From: Octopus sinensis
Taxonomy: Eukaryota
DNA length: 64,000 nucleotides
Assembly: GCF_006345805.1 (NCBI RefSeq)
Contig: NC_043006.1
Location: 19,468,001 to 19,532,000 of the forward strand
Direction: 5' to 3'
Shown here: positions 1-10,695 of the stretch, piece after piece
How positions within the stretch are numbered: position 1 is the first letter of the stretch
Layout: every line of letters starts with the position of its first letter
The notes under the pieces: model-generated
Told to the model about the DNA's origin: nothing
Seen by the model: the letters and a program-made list of their open reading frames with translations, nothing else
Database searches by the model: none
Position numbers and translations under genes: made by a program

Positions 1-542
1 CCTCCAGCGGTCCAGTGAGAAAGAGAAAATAGTCGCAGACTATATATATATAAATTCAACAATATAAAGGAATGACCCTGCGACTATTTTCTCTTTCTCA
101 CTGGACCGCTGGTGGCGAAAAAATTTCTATTGAATTTTTTGCTACTCTATATTGATTAATTAATGATTTTTGACTAATTCTGAAATTGAATCAGCAGTTT
201 ATATTTGCTGCTGACAAGTTGGCGCGATTACGGTAGATTTTGAAAAGTTAGAGTATATATTCCCGAGGCATCATTGAGGCTGCCTCGGGGAATATTTATT
301 CCTCCTGGTTTCCTTGCCGATGAGACGAACCAATGGTAGATTGACTTGATTAAATTTAATTTAATTTAATTAGGCTGGTTTGCCATAAATTACGTTGAAA
401 CAATGCATTGTCCAAGGATGATTAAGGTAAATGTTTTTGATTTTCATTTAATTTCTGAATTACTACTATTTAGCGGTTTGAGTATGGCTGCTCTTTCTAG
501 TGAGACGAATGGCCTACCAGGGTCATTCCTTTATATTGTTGA

Positions 543-544
<2 letters not shown>
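1..544 (+). mobile_element. Hammerhead-bearing foldback element in (TA)n (Penelope pLTR/retrozyme-like), left end outside window
   Basis: 54-80 is the reverse complement of 518-544; 4-38 is the reverse complement of 78-112; ends in (TA)n; contains HHR 311-418 and a hairpin at about 260-297. Confidence 0.7.
311..418 (+). ncRNA. Type I hammerhead ribozyme (U4C core, long stem II)
   Basis: Stem I tccttg(311-316)/caagga(413-418); core CCGATGA; stem II gacg...cgtt enclosing a long G-U-rich hairpin; GAAAC-aatgcatt-GTC with palindromic stem III (ACAATGCATTGT). Confidence 0.8.
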
Positions 545-576
<32 letters not shown>

Positions 577-578
577 AT

Positions 579-815
579 AACTAAAAATAAGGGTGTCTGA
601 GAGACACCACCATGCCGAAATAGCTGGCAAATCCCTGACTCTAAAAACCACGTGGTTTTTAGAGTCAGGGATTTGACTGCTATTTCGGCATGGTGGTGTC
701 TCTCAGATACCCTTATTTTTAGTTGTAAAAAATTATTACCTTTGTATGGTATTTTTTCCCATGCTGGCCACTTGATAATATCGATATTTAAATATCGATA
801 TTATCCTTATTTATA
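579..815. repeat. Near-perfect 146-bp palindrome plus one-sided extension between microsatellites
   Basis: Arms 579-651/652-724 centred on CCAC|GTGG; extension carries tgctggccact, similar to the ctagaccactgg motif of the HHR elements. Confidence 0.85.
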
Positions 816-816
816 A

Positions 817-895
<79 letters not shown>

Positions 896-1009
896 AAAGT
901 GTGTGTGTGTGTATGAAAGAAGCAGCCCAACTGACTGGAGGACACTGATTCAACGAGTGACCGAGAGTCGACTTCGACTGAGCGGATAGAGAGAGATATG
1001 TATGTATGT

Positions 1010-1258
1010 ATATGTTCGTATATATAGATATGTGTGTGTATGTGTGTGTCTGTGTTTGTCTCCCCAACGTCGCTTGACAGCCGATGCTGTTGCATTTACG
1101 TCCCCGTAATTGAGCGGTTCGTCAAATGTGGCAGATAGAATAAGTACTAGGCTTACAAAGAATAAGTTCTGGGGTCGATTTCTTCAACTAAAACACATAA
1201 TGGCGATGTTGCAGCATGACCGCAGTCAAATGACTGAAACAAATAAAAGAATAAAAGA
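1010..1258 (+). mobile_element. SINE family B, 3' half
   Basis: gtgtttgtctcccc...gatagaataagtact...cagtcaaatgactgaaacaaataaaagaataaaag tail. Confidence 0.85.
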
Positions 1259-1812
1259 ATGTGTGTGTATGTGAGCGTGTGTTTAATGTAAAGGCTCAAG
1301 TTCTGATTAGTTGTAGATTTAGTGACGTCACTTGTTTTTGTCTGCCTATGGTATAATTGTTTGGCTAGCTGACTGCCTGGATATGTCACTTGTTTTTCGA
1401 AAGTTCTTACCGCATATTTTGGTTTCGCAGAAATCCAACGTTCTAGCTGGTCTACTTCCTGGAGACAGCATTCGTTTGTCGACTGTTTTGATCATTTGGT
1501 TTTGACCAGTAGAGATCTAAGATCTGGCTGTTTGATTTTCTGCATCCGTCATTTGTTTTTGTGAAAGGACTTGATAACCTGTTTTTTATCTGACGGTCGT
1601 CCAACGTTCCGGTTGTTTATTTGTGTTTTCCTAAGGGTTCGGTTTTGACTAGAAAAATCTAATTGGTTAAGCCTAGAGTGATGCCAGCAATTGGTGTTTG
1701 AAAATGTGCAAGGTGCTATTGTACAGCAGTTTCGAGTTAGGGCTTCGAAACCTGGAGGCAGCCCGTTACTTCAACATTTTATTTATGACAGTTGCTTCTA
1801 GTCGTTTCTCAT

Positions 1813-2220
1813 ACTCTTTACTCTTTTACTCTTTTACGTGTTTCAGTCATTTGACTGCGGCCATGCTGGAGCACCGCCTTTAGTCGAGCAAATCGACCCC
1901 GGGACTTATTCTTTGTAAGCCCAGTACTTATTCTATCGGTCTCTTTTGCCGAACCGCTAAGTGACGGGGACGTAATGCTAGGGGTACAAACACAGACACA
2001 CAAACACACACACACACACACACACATACATATATATATACATATATACATATATACGACAGGCTTCTTTCAGTTTCCGTCTACCAAATCCACTCACAAG
2101 GCATTGGTCGGCCCGGGGCTATAGCAGAAGACACTTGCCCAAGATGCCACGCAGTGGTACTGAACCCAGAACCATGTGGTTAGTTAGCAAGCTACTTACC
2201 ACACAGCCACTCCTGCGCCT
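1813..2220 (-). mobile_element. SINE family B (tRNA-like head, internal TA/TG microsatellite)
   Basis: Head aggcgcaggagtggctgtgtggtaag on minus strand; (GAGTAAAA)n tail. Confidence 0.9.
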
Positions 2221-2326
2221 ATGAATAAATTTTCTTATTCTGGTGTGTTGTGATTTACATTTATTTATGTTTAGTTGTGGCTTATAGTTCTTAATAAGCA
2301 TATTTTCCTTACACAATCGAAATTGT

Positions 2327-2628
2327 GGAGGCATATGGTCGAGTGGTAAGAGCAGCGAACTCGCAGTCGAGGGACTGCGGGTTCGAATCTCAGACCGGGT
2401 GGTATGTGTGTTTATGAGCGAAGCACCTAAGCTCCACATGGCGCCGGCAGAAGGTAATTGCGAACCTCTACTTACTCTTTCGCCACAACTTTCTCTCACT
2501 CTTTACTCCTGCATCTATCAGCTCACCTGTGACGGACAGGCGTCCCCTCCAGGTGCGGAACCTATACGCCAATGAAACCGGGAACCCAATCCTTTTGTGC
2601 CAGGCATGGCTCAAGAAGAAACAAACAA
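2327..2628 (+). mobile_element. Diverged SINE related to family A, different tail
   Basis: tRNA-like head ggaggcatatggtcgagtggtaagagcagcg...ggttcgaatc; shares cacctaagctccac and cacaactttctctcactc with family A. Confidence 0.75.
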
Positions 2629-2704
2629 TCAAAATTTATTTGAAGTGTTTCCGGTGCATTGATATAGATGGAAAGATTGTTATAGTCGATATTCGTTTTC
2701 GGAT

Positions 2705-2862
2705 GTTCTTCTTTCAGTTTCCGTCTACCAAATCCAATCACAAGGCTTTGGTCGGCCCGAGGCAATAGTAGAAGACACTTACCAAGGTGCCACGCAGTGG
2801 GACAGAACCCAGAACCATGTGGTTGGTAAACAAGCCACTTACCACACAGCCACTACTGCGCC
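2705..2862 (-). mobile_element. SINE family B, head half
   Basis: Matches the 5' ~160 bp of family B. Confidence 0.85.
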
Positions 2863-2865
2863 AGT

Positions 2866-3119
2866 TCTAAAAGGATTTAACGGAAACGGAAACGTACCAC
2901 TTAACAAGATTTGACTGCAAAACCATCAAATTTTACGGACTTTCAAAAATTCACAAGAGTGAATCCATAGATGGAGCTTCTAGCAGATCAACGTCATTGG
3001 TTATTAATATGTTACATCACAGAGATCTCAAAATGAGACCAATTGTGGTATGTCCGTCCTGTGAGGCACATAGACTTAGTAACTTCACTGAAATTCTTCT
3101 AAAACCCATTCTTAGACAC
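2866..3119 (+). pseudogene. Penelope-like RT fragment
   Basis: Translates as KFYGLSKIHK...DLKMRPIVVCPSCEAHRLSNFTEILLKPILRH, the PLE RT YGLPKIHK/RPI motif region. Confidence 0.85.
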
Positions 3120-4053
3120 TTACTGACATTTTCCCAGTTGTGAGAGGCCGAATATGTTGCCTGCGTATTCTCACTCTGTTACTCAAAGTCAAGCTCTTAA
3201 TCCGCATTTGAAAACATAAATTAAGTTCCTCGACGCACAGGTGAAATGATTTTATTATAGTTAATGTTTGCCCTGGCTTGACTGTTGAACCTTCCATAAA
3301 GTTGATACATGTTCCACAATTAGGACGTTTGAATGTTTTGACTATTGCAATTGAATTTTTGGTGTGTAATTTGTCGCTAACCTTTTTAGAGACTTACGGA
3401 ATAATACCCTCTTTCTCATCGCAGTCCCAGACATTTGTCTGTAGATGCTGTCACTGAAGCTATAAAAAAAAATGCAAATACTGTATTACTGATGTTATAA
3501 CCTGTTCAGCTATAGCTTGTTTTCTTATTTGTTTTTGTTTGATCTGTTATATTATATCATCTGAACATTGATAGAATGGAAAGACATAAAACGTAGGAGA
3601 TTTGTTTTCCATACGTGCATCCAGATGTTCCTCTAGTGGAATTTGTGGACGATGGATTGTTAATTTCATTCTTAGAGAGAATTTAATTTGACACTGCATC
3701 CATTGCATTTGATGGCGTATATTAAATTGTTTGAAGAACAAGTAAAATGGTTTTTCACAGTAAAACGTGTCTCGGTTTAAGTGTAAAAGCTGTGTCCTCA
3801 AAAATGTTGTCACAAGTTCCACATGTTTTAGCTGATCGGCCACACTTTTTAACCGTTGGAATTGAGTCTGCAGTCGGTAGTTTCGCGTCGGTAAGTAGTC
3901 TTTTTTAGAGATTTTGGTTATCTTTTCCATTTGATTATTTTGTGTTATTCAAGTACCTTTTTTCCTTTCTGGGCCTCGGCTCAATATAGGTACCTTCTGA
4001 TGGATAATGTTCAATGTTTGTTGAATGTTTCTATGCTTATTGTGTTGTGTAGT

Positions 4054-4435
4054 GGAGGCGCTATGGTCCAGTGGTTAGGGCAGCGGACTCGCGGTCGTAG
4101 GATCGCGGTTTCGATTCCCAGACCGGGCGTTGTGAGTGTTTATTGAGCGAAAACACCTAAAGCTCCACGAGGCTCCGGCAGGGGATGGTGGTGATCCCTG
4201 CTGTACTCTTTCACCACAACATTCTCTCACTCTTACTTCCTGTTTCTGTTGTACCTGTATTTCAAGGGGCCGGCCTTGCCACTCTCTGTGTCACGCTGAA
4301 TATCCCCGAGAACTACGTTAAGGGTACACGTGTCTGTGGAGTGCTCAGCCACTTACACGTTAATTTCACGAGCAGGCTGTTCCGTTGACTCGGATCAACC
4401 GGAACCCTCGTCGTCGTAACCGACGGAGTGCTTCC
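4054..4435 (+). mobile_element. SINE family A (tRNA-derived)
   Basis: A box tggtccagtgg, B box ggtttcgattcc; TSD attgtgttgtgt. Confidence 0.92.
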
Positions 4436-4866
4436 ATTGTGTTGTGTGTAGTAATCAAAGATTGGGTCTTGAGTGTATCAACTGATTTTGGCTTTTCGTA
4501 ATTATTCGGTTCTATTCTATTCTCTTTCAGAGTAGACAGGCACTTTCTTTCACGCAGCGCTTGATCTAATTCAAATGATATATCCTGAACTTCTAGATTG
4601 GAGACAATTGCTTAGATTCTTCTAGCTAGATTTAAATGTGATATTGGATTTAATATACTTTGAGTGGCATGAAGTAAATAGTAGTTATTGTTTAGAGTAT
4701 GTTGGTTTACAGTGGACGTCGGTTTCTTGTCATTCTTTATAATCAAAATGTCTAAGAAGAGTGGTTGGTTAAATTCTATTGTGAACTGAATACTGTTATT
4801 GATGCTACTGAGTAGGAATTTGAAATTATTGAATTCATCTAGGTAGTATGTCCACAGAAGAAAGCA

Positions 4867-5092
4867 CGATCTGGCAGAATCGTTAGCACACCGGGTGAAA
4901 TGCTTAGCGGTATTTCGTCCGCCGCTACGTTCTGAGTTGAAATTCCGCCGAGATCGACTTTGCCTTTCATCCTTTCGGAGTCGATAAATTAAGTACCAGT
5001 TACGCACTGGGGTCGATGTAATCCACTTAATCCGTTTGTCTGTCCTTGTTTGTCCCCTCTGTGTGTAGGCCCTTGTGGGTAGTAAAGAAATA
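4867..5092 (+). mobile_element. SINE family C (Nin/Deu-like central domain)
   Basis: ctggcagaatcgttagcac head; gcctttcatcctttcgg..gtcgataaattaagtacc core. Confidence 0.88.
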
Positions 5093-5914
5093 ACAATAAG
5101 GCGAGATTTTCACCAGATAAGTTAGGAAGTTGATACCGTACTTTGTTTGGTTTTATTGGTAGGTGTTTTTCTAGAAAATGAAAAGATCGTTTTGAAAGGT
5201 GAATATTAATCCCTCTGTGATGAATTGTGTACTAATTCGGTCCGAATATTATCGGGGGAATTCTCTTAGCTAAACTTCTATTGCATCTTGTCAATACTCG
5301 TATAAGATGGTAATATAAAAATTTACTATATCAAATGAAGCGATTATGGTATCCTGTTAACTTTTTTCGGAAGATAGTTTAATAGGTCTTGGTCACCTCT
5401 TATGGAACTTCGAATAAATTATAAAGGACGTTTTAACAGTAAGTCAAGGATGTTGCTAAATATGTGAGTTTCACAGGCTAGGCCTGCCACAGTTAGCCTT
5501 AATTTGATCTATTTCAGAAAGAATATGTTTATAGGAATCTGTTTTACTTTCATAGATTTTGGGAAATTCGTAGAAAATGATTTTAACTATAACGATTTGT
5601 TAGAAAATCAATTTCTTTATTAGTTAAGACTTTTCTGTGTTGGTTTATGAGAGTGTTATGGTTATACATTGTCTTTGTTGATAGATGTTTACAATTTTAT
5701 AGTGGGCAATAACTTGAAGGAGAGTTAATGCAGTATTTTTGCATTGTTCCATCTTCATATATGCAGCACTTCCCTTATGCGCTTCTTTTACGACTTATTA
5801 CTATTGTCCTTTTAGGGTTTCCATTGTGTTTTACAAGAGTTGGACTTCGGTTTAGGAAGTGAAAGTTCATTGTAAGTGAAGGTGGATAGAAACTCAAAAT
5901 TTAACGGTGAAAAC

Positions 5915-5995
5915 ACTACCAACTACCACTAAGTAGTAAGAACTAAATATAGGACCAGCGAAATCGATGTGTAGTCTCGACCACGGAACATCTCC
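5915..5995 (-). pseudogene. Gypsy-type LTR retrotransposon integrase fragment
   Basis: PWSRLHIDFAGP..SSYYLVVV motif in ORF 5894..6124. Confidence 0.75.
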
Positions 5996-6104
5996 TTTTA
6001 AACACAATTGAAGGTGGATAAAACTCATCAAAATATATCTAGTGTTTTGTTTTGTAATTGCTTTTATTTTGTAAAATGGGATGATCAGTATTTTCTTAAT
6101 CGAA

Positions 6105-6455
6105 TGATGCTGTGGTGATCTCATTCTCGCTCACAACATCATAAGCGGAAGGCGTAACCTCTCGAAAGAGATGTTCTTCACACCTGCTCCAGAGCGGGGT
6201 CACTCCGAAAAGCTCTATCTACGACGATTTCATCTCAATCGAAGGACAGGGGCTTTCTCCGTCCGGGTTGCGGATCCGTGGAATAATCTGCCGGTCGAGA
6301 TAGTGAAGATGCCGACGACCGCTCGGTTCAAAGTCTCTCTTGATCAGAAATGGCCTGAACTCTTTGTATTACCACCCTCCGTGTACATAACTCCCTGTCC
6401 CCCTACATGGCCTTGCTTTTGCTTTTTGAGCCAATAAAAATTGAATTGAATTGAA
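6105..6455 (+). mobile_element. CR1-clade LINE 3' end
   Basis: GDLI...RGHSEKL...FSVRVADPWNNLP...FKVSLDQKW, then aataaa and (ATTGA)n tail. Confidence 0.8.
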
Positions 6456-6755
6456 AAATGAAATTCTACCAAAACTTGAAATGTCATCATGTATCTCACT
6501 GAGGTTAAGATACTGTGGTGCCGGGGTATGTTTAAAACATTTTGAAAGGATATGGATTTGTTCTTTTCAGAACCTTAAGTTGGAAAGACTTATTATTTTA
6601 GATTTCTTACTTTTTTTGTCTAGTAGCACCGGGTGCCTAAAAATCTTTCTTCTGGGCTTTAAAAATAGTTTTATGATGCTTTTTTGTTTTGATTGTGTTT
6701 CACATGAGCCTAACTCATAAACGTTGACCAGTCAATCTGTACGTAAACAGACAGT

Positions 6756-7131
6756 GGAGGCGCAATGGCCCAGTGGTTAGGGCAGCAGACTCGCGGTCAT
6801 AGGATCGCGGTTTCGATTCCCAGAAGCGGGCGTTGTGAGTGTTTATTGAGCGAAAACTCCTAAAGCTCCACGAGGCTCCGGCAGGGGATGGTGGTGACCC
6901 CTGCTGTACTCTTTCACAACTTTCTCTCACTCTTACTTCCTGTTCCTGTTGTACCTGTATTTCAAAGGGCCGGCCTTGTCACTCTCTGTGGCACGCTGAA
7001 TATCCCCGAGAACTACGTTAAGTGTGCACGTGTCTGTGGAGTGCTCAGCCACTTACACGTTAATTTCACGAGCAGGCTGTTCCGTTGATTCGGATCAACC
7101 GGAACCCTCGTCGTCGTATCCGACGGAGTGC
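6756..7131 (+). mobile_element. SINE family A
   Basis: Near full length; TSD gtaaacagacag. Confidence 0.92.
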
Positions 7132-7338
7132 AGGAGATGTAAACAGACAGCATTCGGAGTCACATTCCTTCTTTAAAAACAAATAATTTTTATAACAACG
7201 GCCCGCCCAATAAGACAAAATTTGCGAGGCAGTTCCATAGGCAACACACTTTTCAAAATCTGATTATTTTAGAATCTGATTAATTAGATATTGATTAATT
7301 TTAGTATATTCTCTGTGCATTTTCAATCACACTTCTTA

Positions 7339-7720
7339 TACATACATACATACATACATACATACATACATACATACATACATACATACATACATACATA
7401 CATACGTACGTACGTACGTATGTATGTATGTATGTATGTATGTATGTAGGAATAAATGTATGTATGTATGTATGTATGCATGTATGTATGTATGTATGTA
7501 TGTATGTATGTATGTATGTATGTATGTATGCATGTATGTATGTATGTATGTATGTATGTATGTATGTATGTATGCATGCATGCATGTATGTATGTATGTA
7601 TGTGTGTATGTATGTATGCATGTATGTATGCATGTATGTAAGTATGTACGTATGTATGTATGTATGTATGTATGTATGTATGTATGTATGTATGTATGTA
7701 TGTATGTATGTATGTATGTA
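7339..7720. repeat. (CATA)n/(TATG)n microsatellite with inverted junction
   Basis: (CATA)n, then (TACG)n at about 7403-7419, then (TATG)n. Confidence 0.95.
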
Positions 7721-7894
7721 TACAGTACGAAGCGAGAGTCAAAATGTAGTTGTCATTCGTTCTTGAAACTGCAACAGGTTAACTACGGATATTACCTCAC
7801 GAAGCCCCTGGCATACGACTATTGAATTCAATTAGAAAAAATCATTCATCTACCTATGGTAAGATAACTCACCTTTCGTGCCTATCACGAAGTA

Positions 7895-7960
7895 GATAGA
7901 TAGATGCATACATATAAACATACATATATGTGCATACATACAGATATATATACATATATA

Positions 7961-8007
<47 letters not shown>

Positions 8008-8039
8008 GTGTGTGTATATATGTGTGTGTGTGTAAATAT

Positions 8040-8084
<45 letters not shown>

Positions 8085-8229
8085 CATATAAATATATATA
8101 TATACATACATATAAATATATATATACATACATATAAATATATATATACATACATATAAATATATATATATACACATACATATAAATATATATATATATA
8201 CATACACACACACATATATATATATACAT

Positions 8230-8270
<41 letters not shown>
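7895..8270. repeat. Compound TA/CA microsatellite
   Basis: Direct inspection. Confidence 0.9.
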
Positions 8271-8806
8271 ACTTTAGGCATATACAGTTTCATTGTGCTT
8301 ATCTTCTTTGCTATCTATCTGAATACCAATATAAACACACATCCACACAAACACATCTACTTGGGTGCGTGTGTGGTTGTATATGTATGTGTATCAATAC
8401 GTATCTATTTATACGTATGTATGTATTTATATTTATTTATACGTGCGTGTGTACGTATGTGTGTGTATGTGTAAGTGTGCGTGTTTGTATGTGTGTGTCT
8501 GTACCTATATATATATATATATATATATCTTATTTGTATAAATTTATTTCGCTATTTATTATCATGTTTTGGAATTTCAATCTAGATCTGATCTGCCAAT
8601 GTTTTTCGCCTTTGTCTTCGTCTTGATCTGTTTACAAATTTCTTTCTTTTTTTTCTTCTAGCTGCTGGTTGTGTTTTTAATAAATATATTCTGCTGTATA
8701 TTGCTTTAGCTGCCGGGTGAGAAACCATATTAAATTTCGTTTCTATGATTTCATTGTTAAGAATAAACTTATTGAAACATATATATCTTACCTGACATAC
8801 ATACAT

Positions 8807-8888
<82 letters not shown>

Positions 8889-8910
8889 TATATATATATA
8901 TATATATATA

Positions 8911-9307
8911 TTAATAACTCATAACCCATCATAACAAACAGTAATGTATGAACTTTTAAATCATAAAATGAAACGCATATCAATTTTGTTTTTCTTTTAT
9001 TTTCGTAATCACATATTACGTTTGATTATCAACACATTAGATTAGAATCCTAGATTCTCATATCGATTCTTGGAATGTTTTCGCGATTTTTCGATACAGT
9101 AACAAAATAATTAATAGCTAATTCGCTCACCTTGTTATTGAAATATTTTTCTAAAATTCATTATAACTTATTGTTTCCATCATTTATTAGTCTAATGCAG
9201 CGGAGGAAAGAACCAATAAATAGCTGAGCTTAAATATTTTCTGTGACTTCAACCTTGTTACATTTTACTACAGATTCGTTCATCCGAGGTCGCCAATTCA
9301 AAATCCA
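8911..9307 (+). repeat. ~397-bp segment duplicated at 11646-12043
   Basis: ttaataactcataaccc...ccaattcaaaatcca occurs twice with few mismatches. Confidence 0.92.
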
Positions 9308-9565
9308 GCTGAGTAGTGGTTTAAAATTTGTATTCGAAGATTATTTCTTCGATTAGAAACGATGTATAAAAAAACAGTCTCTTCCAAATCTACTATAATA
9401 CAGTTTCGTACAAGATTTTTTTCACTCTATGCCACATCGACCATGGGTGTCGACCACAACTCGAAATCATAATATGTCTTTCATTTGGGGTTTTCGTGGC
9501 AACTGTCTTGGATCGAGTGCACAGTTTGCTACTAGCGTGTTTTCACGAGATACCATTCGTCTATA

Positions 9566-9945
9566 GGAGCACTCCGTCGGTTGCGACGATGAGGGTCCCA
9601 GCTGATACGATCAACGGAACAGCTTGCTCGTGATATTAACGTGCAAGTGGCTGAGCACTCCACAGACACGTGTACCCTTAACGTAGTTCTCGAGGAGATT
9701 CAGCGTGACACAGATTGTGACAAGGCTGGCCCTTTGAAATACAGGTACAAGAGAAACAGGAAGAAAGAGCGAGAGAAAGTTGTGGTGAAAGAGTACAACA
9801 GGGTTCACCACCATCCCCTGCCGGAGCCGCGTGGAGCTTTAGGTGTTTTCGCTCAATAAACACTCACAATGCCCGGTCTGGGAATCGAAACCGAGATCCT
9901 CCGACCGCGAGTCCGCTGCCCTAACCACTGGGCCATTGCACCTCC
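9566..9945 (-). mobile_element. SINE family A (older variant)
   Basis: TSD accattcgtcta. Confidence 0.9.
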
Positions 9946-10302
9946 ACACCATTCGTCTAGATGGCCGTTAGCTCACACTGAGCTCATATTTCCTTTTAGT
10001 TTTTTTTAGTCCTGCATAATGTCCACAACAACCACCTTACTTGGCAGACTAGGTGTGAATTGGTTGAGTCATTGATTCATCCGACCCTGGAACAATTAGC
10101 AATGGATTAAGGATAAGCACACCTATTTACGTCGTTGCAGTGTGCATCTGTAGTTCCACAAAGAACTCCTCGGCAATATGATACGATTTTATCTTTTATC
10201 CTGCATGCTGTATACGCAGACTCCTCACCTTGTAAAAACATTTCCATTTCTGTGTACGGACAGTACTTCTTTACATCGTACATTTGGCAGAACTACGTAG
10301 AT

Positions 10303-10315
10303 ATACATGCATACA

Positions 10316-10349
<34 letters not shown>

Positions 10350-10664
10350 CATACATACATACATCATACATACATACATACATACATACATAATACATAC
10401 ATACATAATACATACATACATAATACATACATACATGCATACATACATACATACCTACATACATACATAATACATACATACTACATACATACATACATAC
10501 ATACATACATACATACATACATGCATGCATACATACATACATACATACATACCTACATACATACATGCATGCATACATACATACATACATACATAACATA
10601 CATACATACATACATACATACTACATACATACATACATACATGCATACATACATACTACATACA

Positions 10665-10694
<30 letters not shown>
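10303..10694. repeat. (CATA)n microsatellite
   Basis: Direct inspection. Confidence 0.95.

Positions 10695-10695
<1 letters not shown>

Larger units (their letters stand above)
3120..5600 (-). mobile_element. Decayed Penelope-like element (GIY-YIG and RT thumb remnants), interrupted by SINEs
   Basis: Minus-strand RPNCGTCINF...RVRIRRQHIR (about 3120-3350); INNSIQFTIE...FLDILIIK...LNLARRI (4612-4860). Left and right limits are uncertain. Confidence 0.7.

Noticed and set aside
4054-4130. tRNA gene-like sequences
   Set aside because: They are SINE heads continuing into SINE bodies with TSDs.
4136-4388. Recurrent ORFs MFIERKHLK.../MVVIPAVLFHH...
   Set aside because: Incidental frames within SINE family A copies.
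7301-8293. Long ORFs of MYVC/HTYI/IYIY type (also near 10135, 15452, 28514, 48084, 61725)
   Set aside because: Translations of stop-free microsatellites, not genes.
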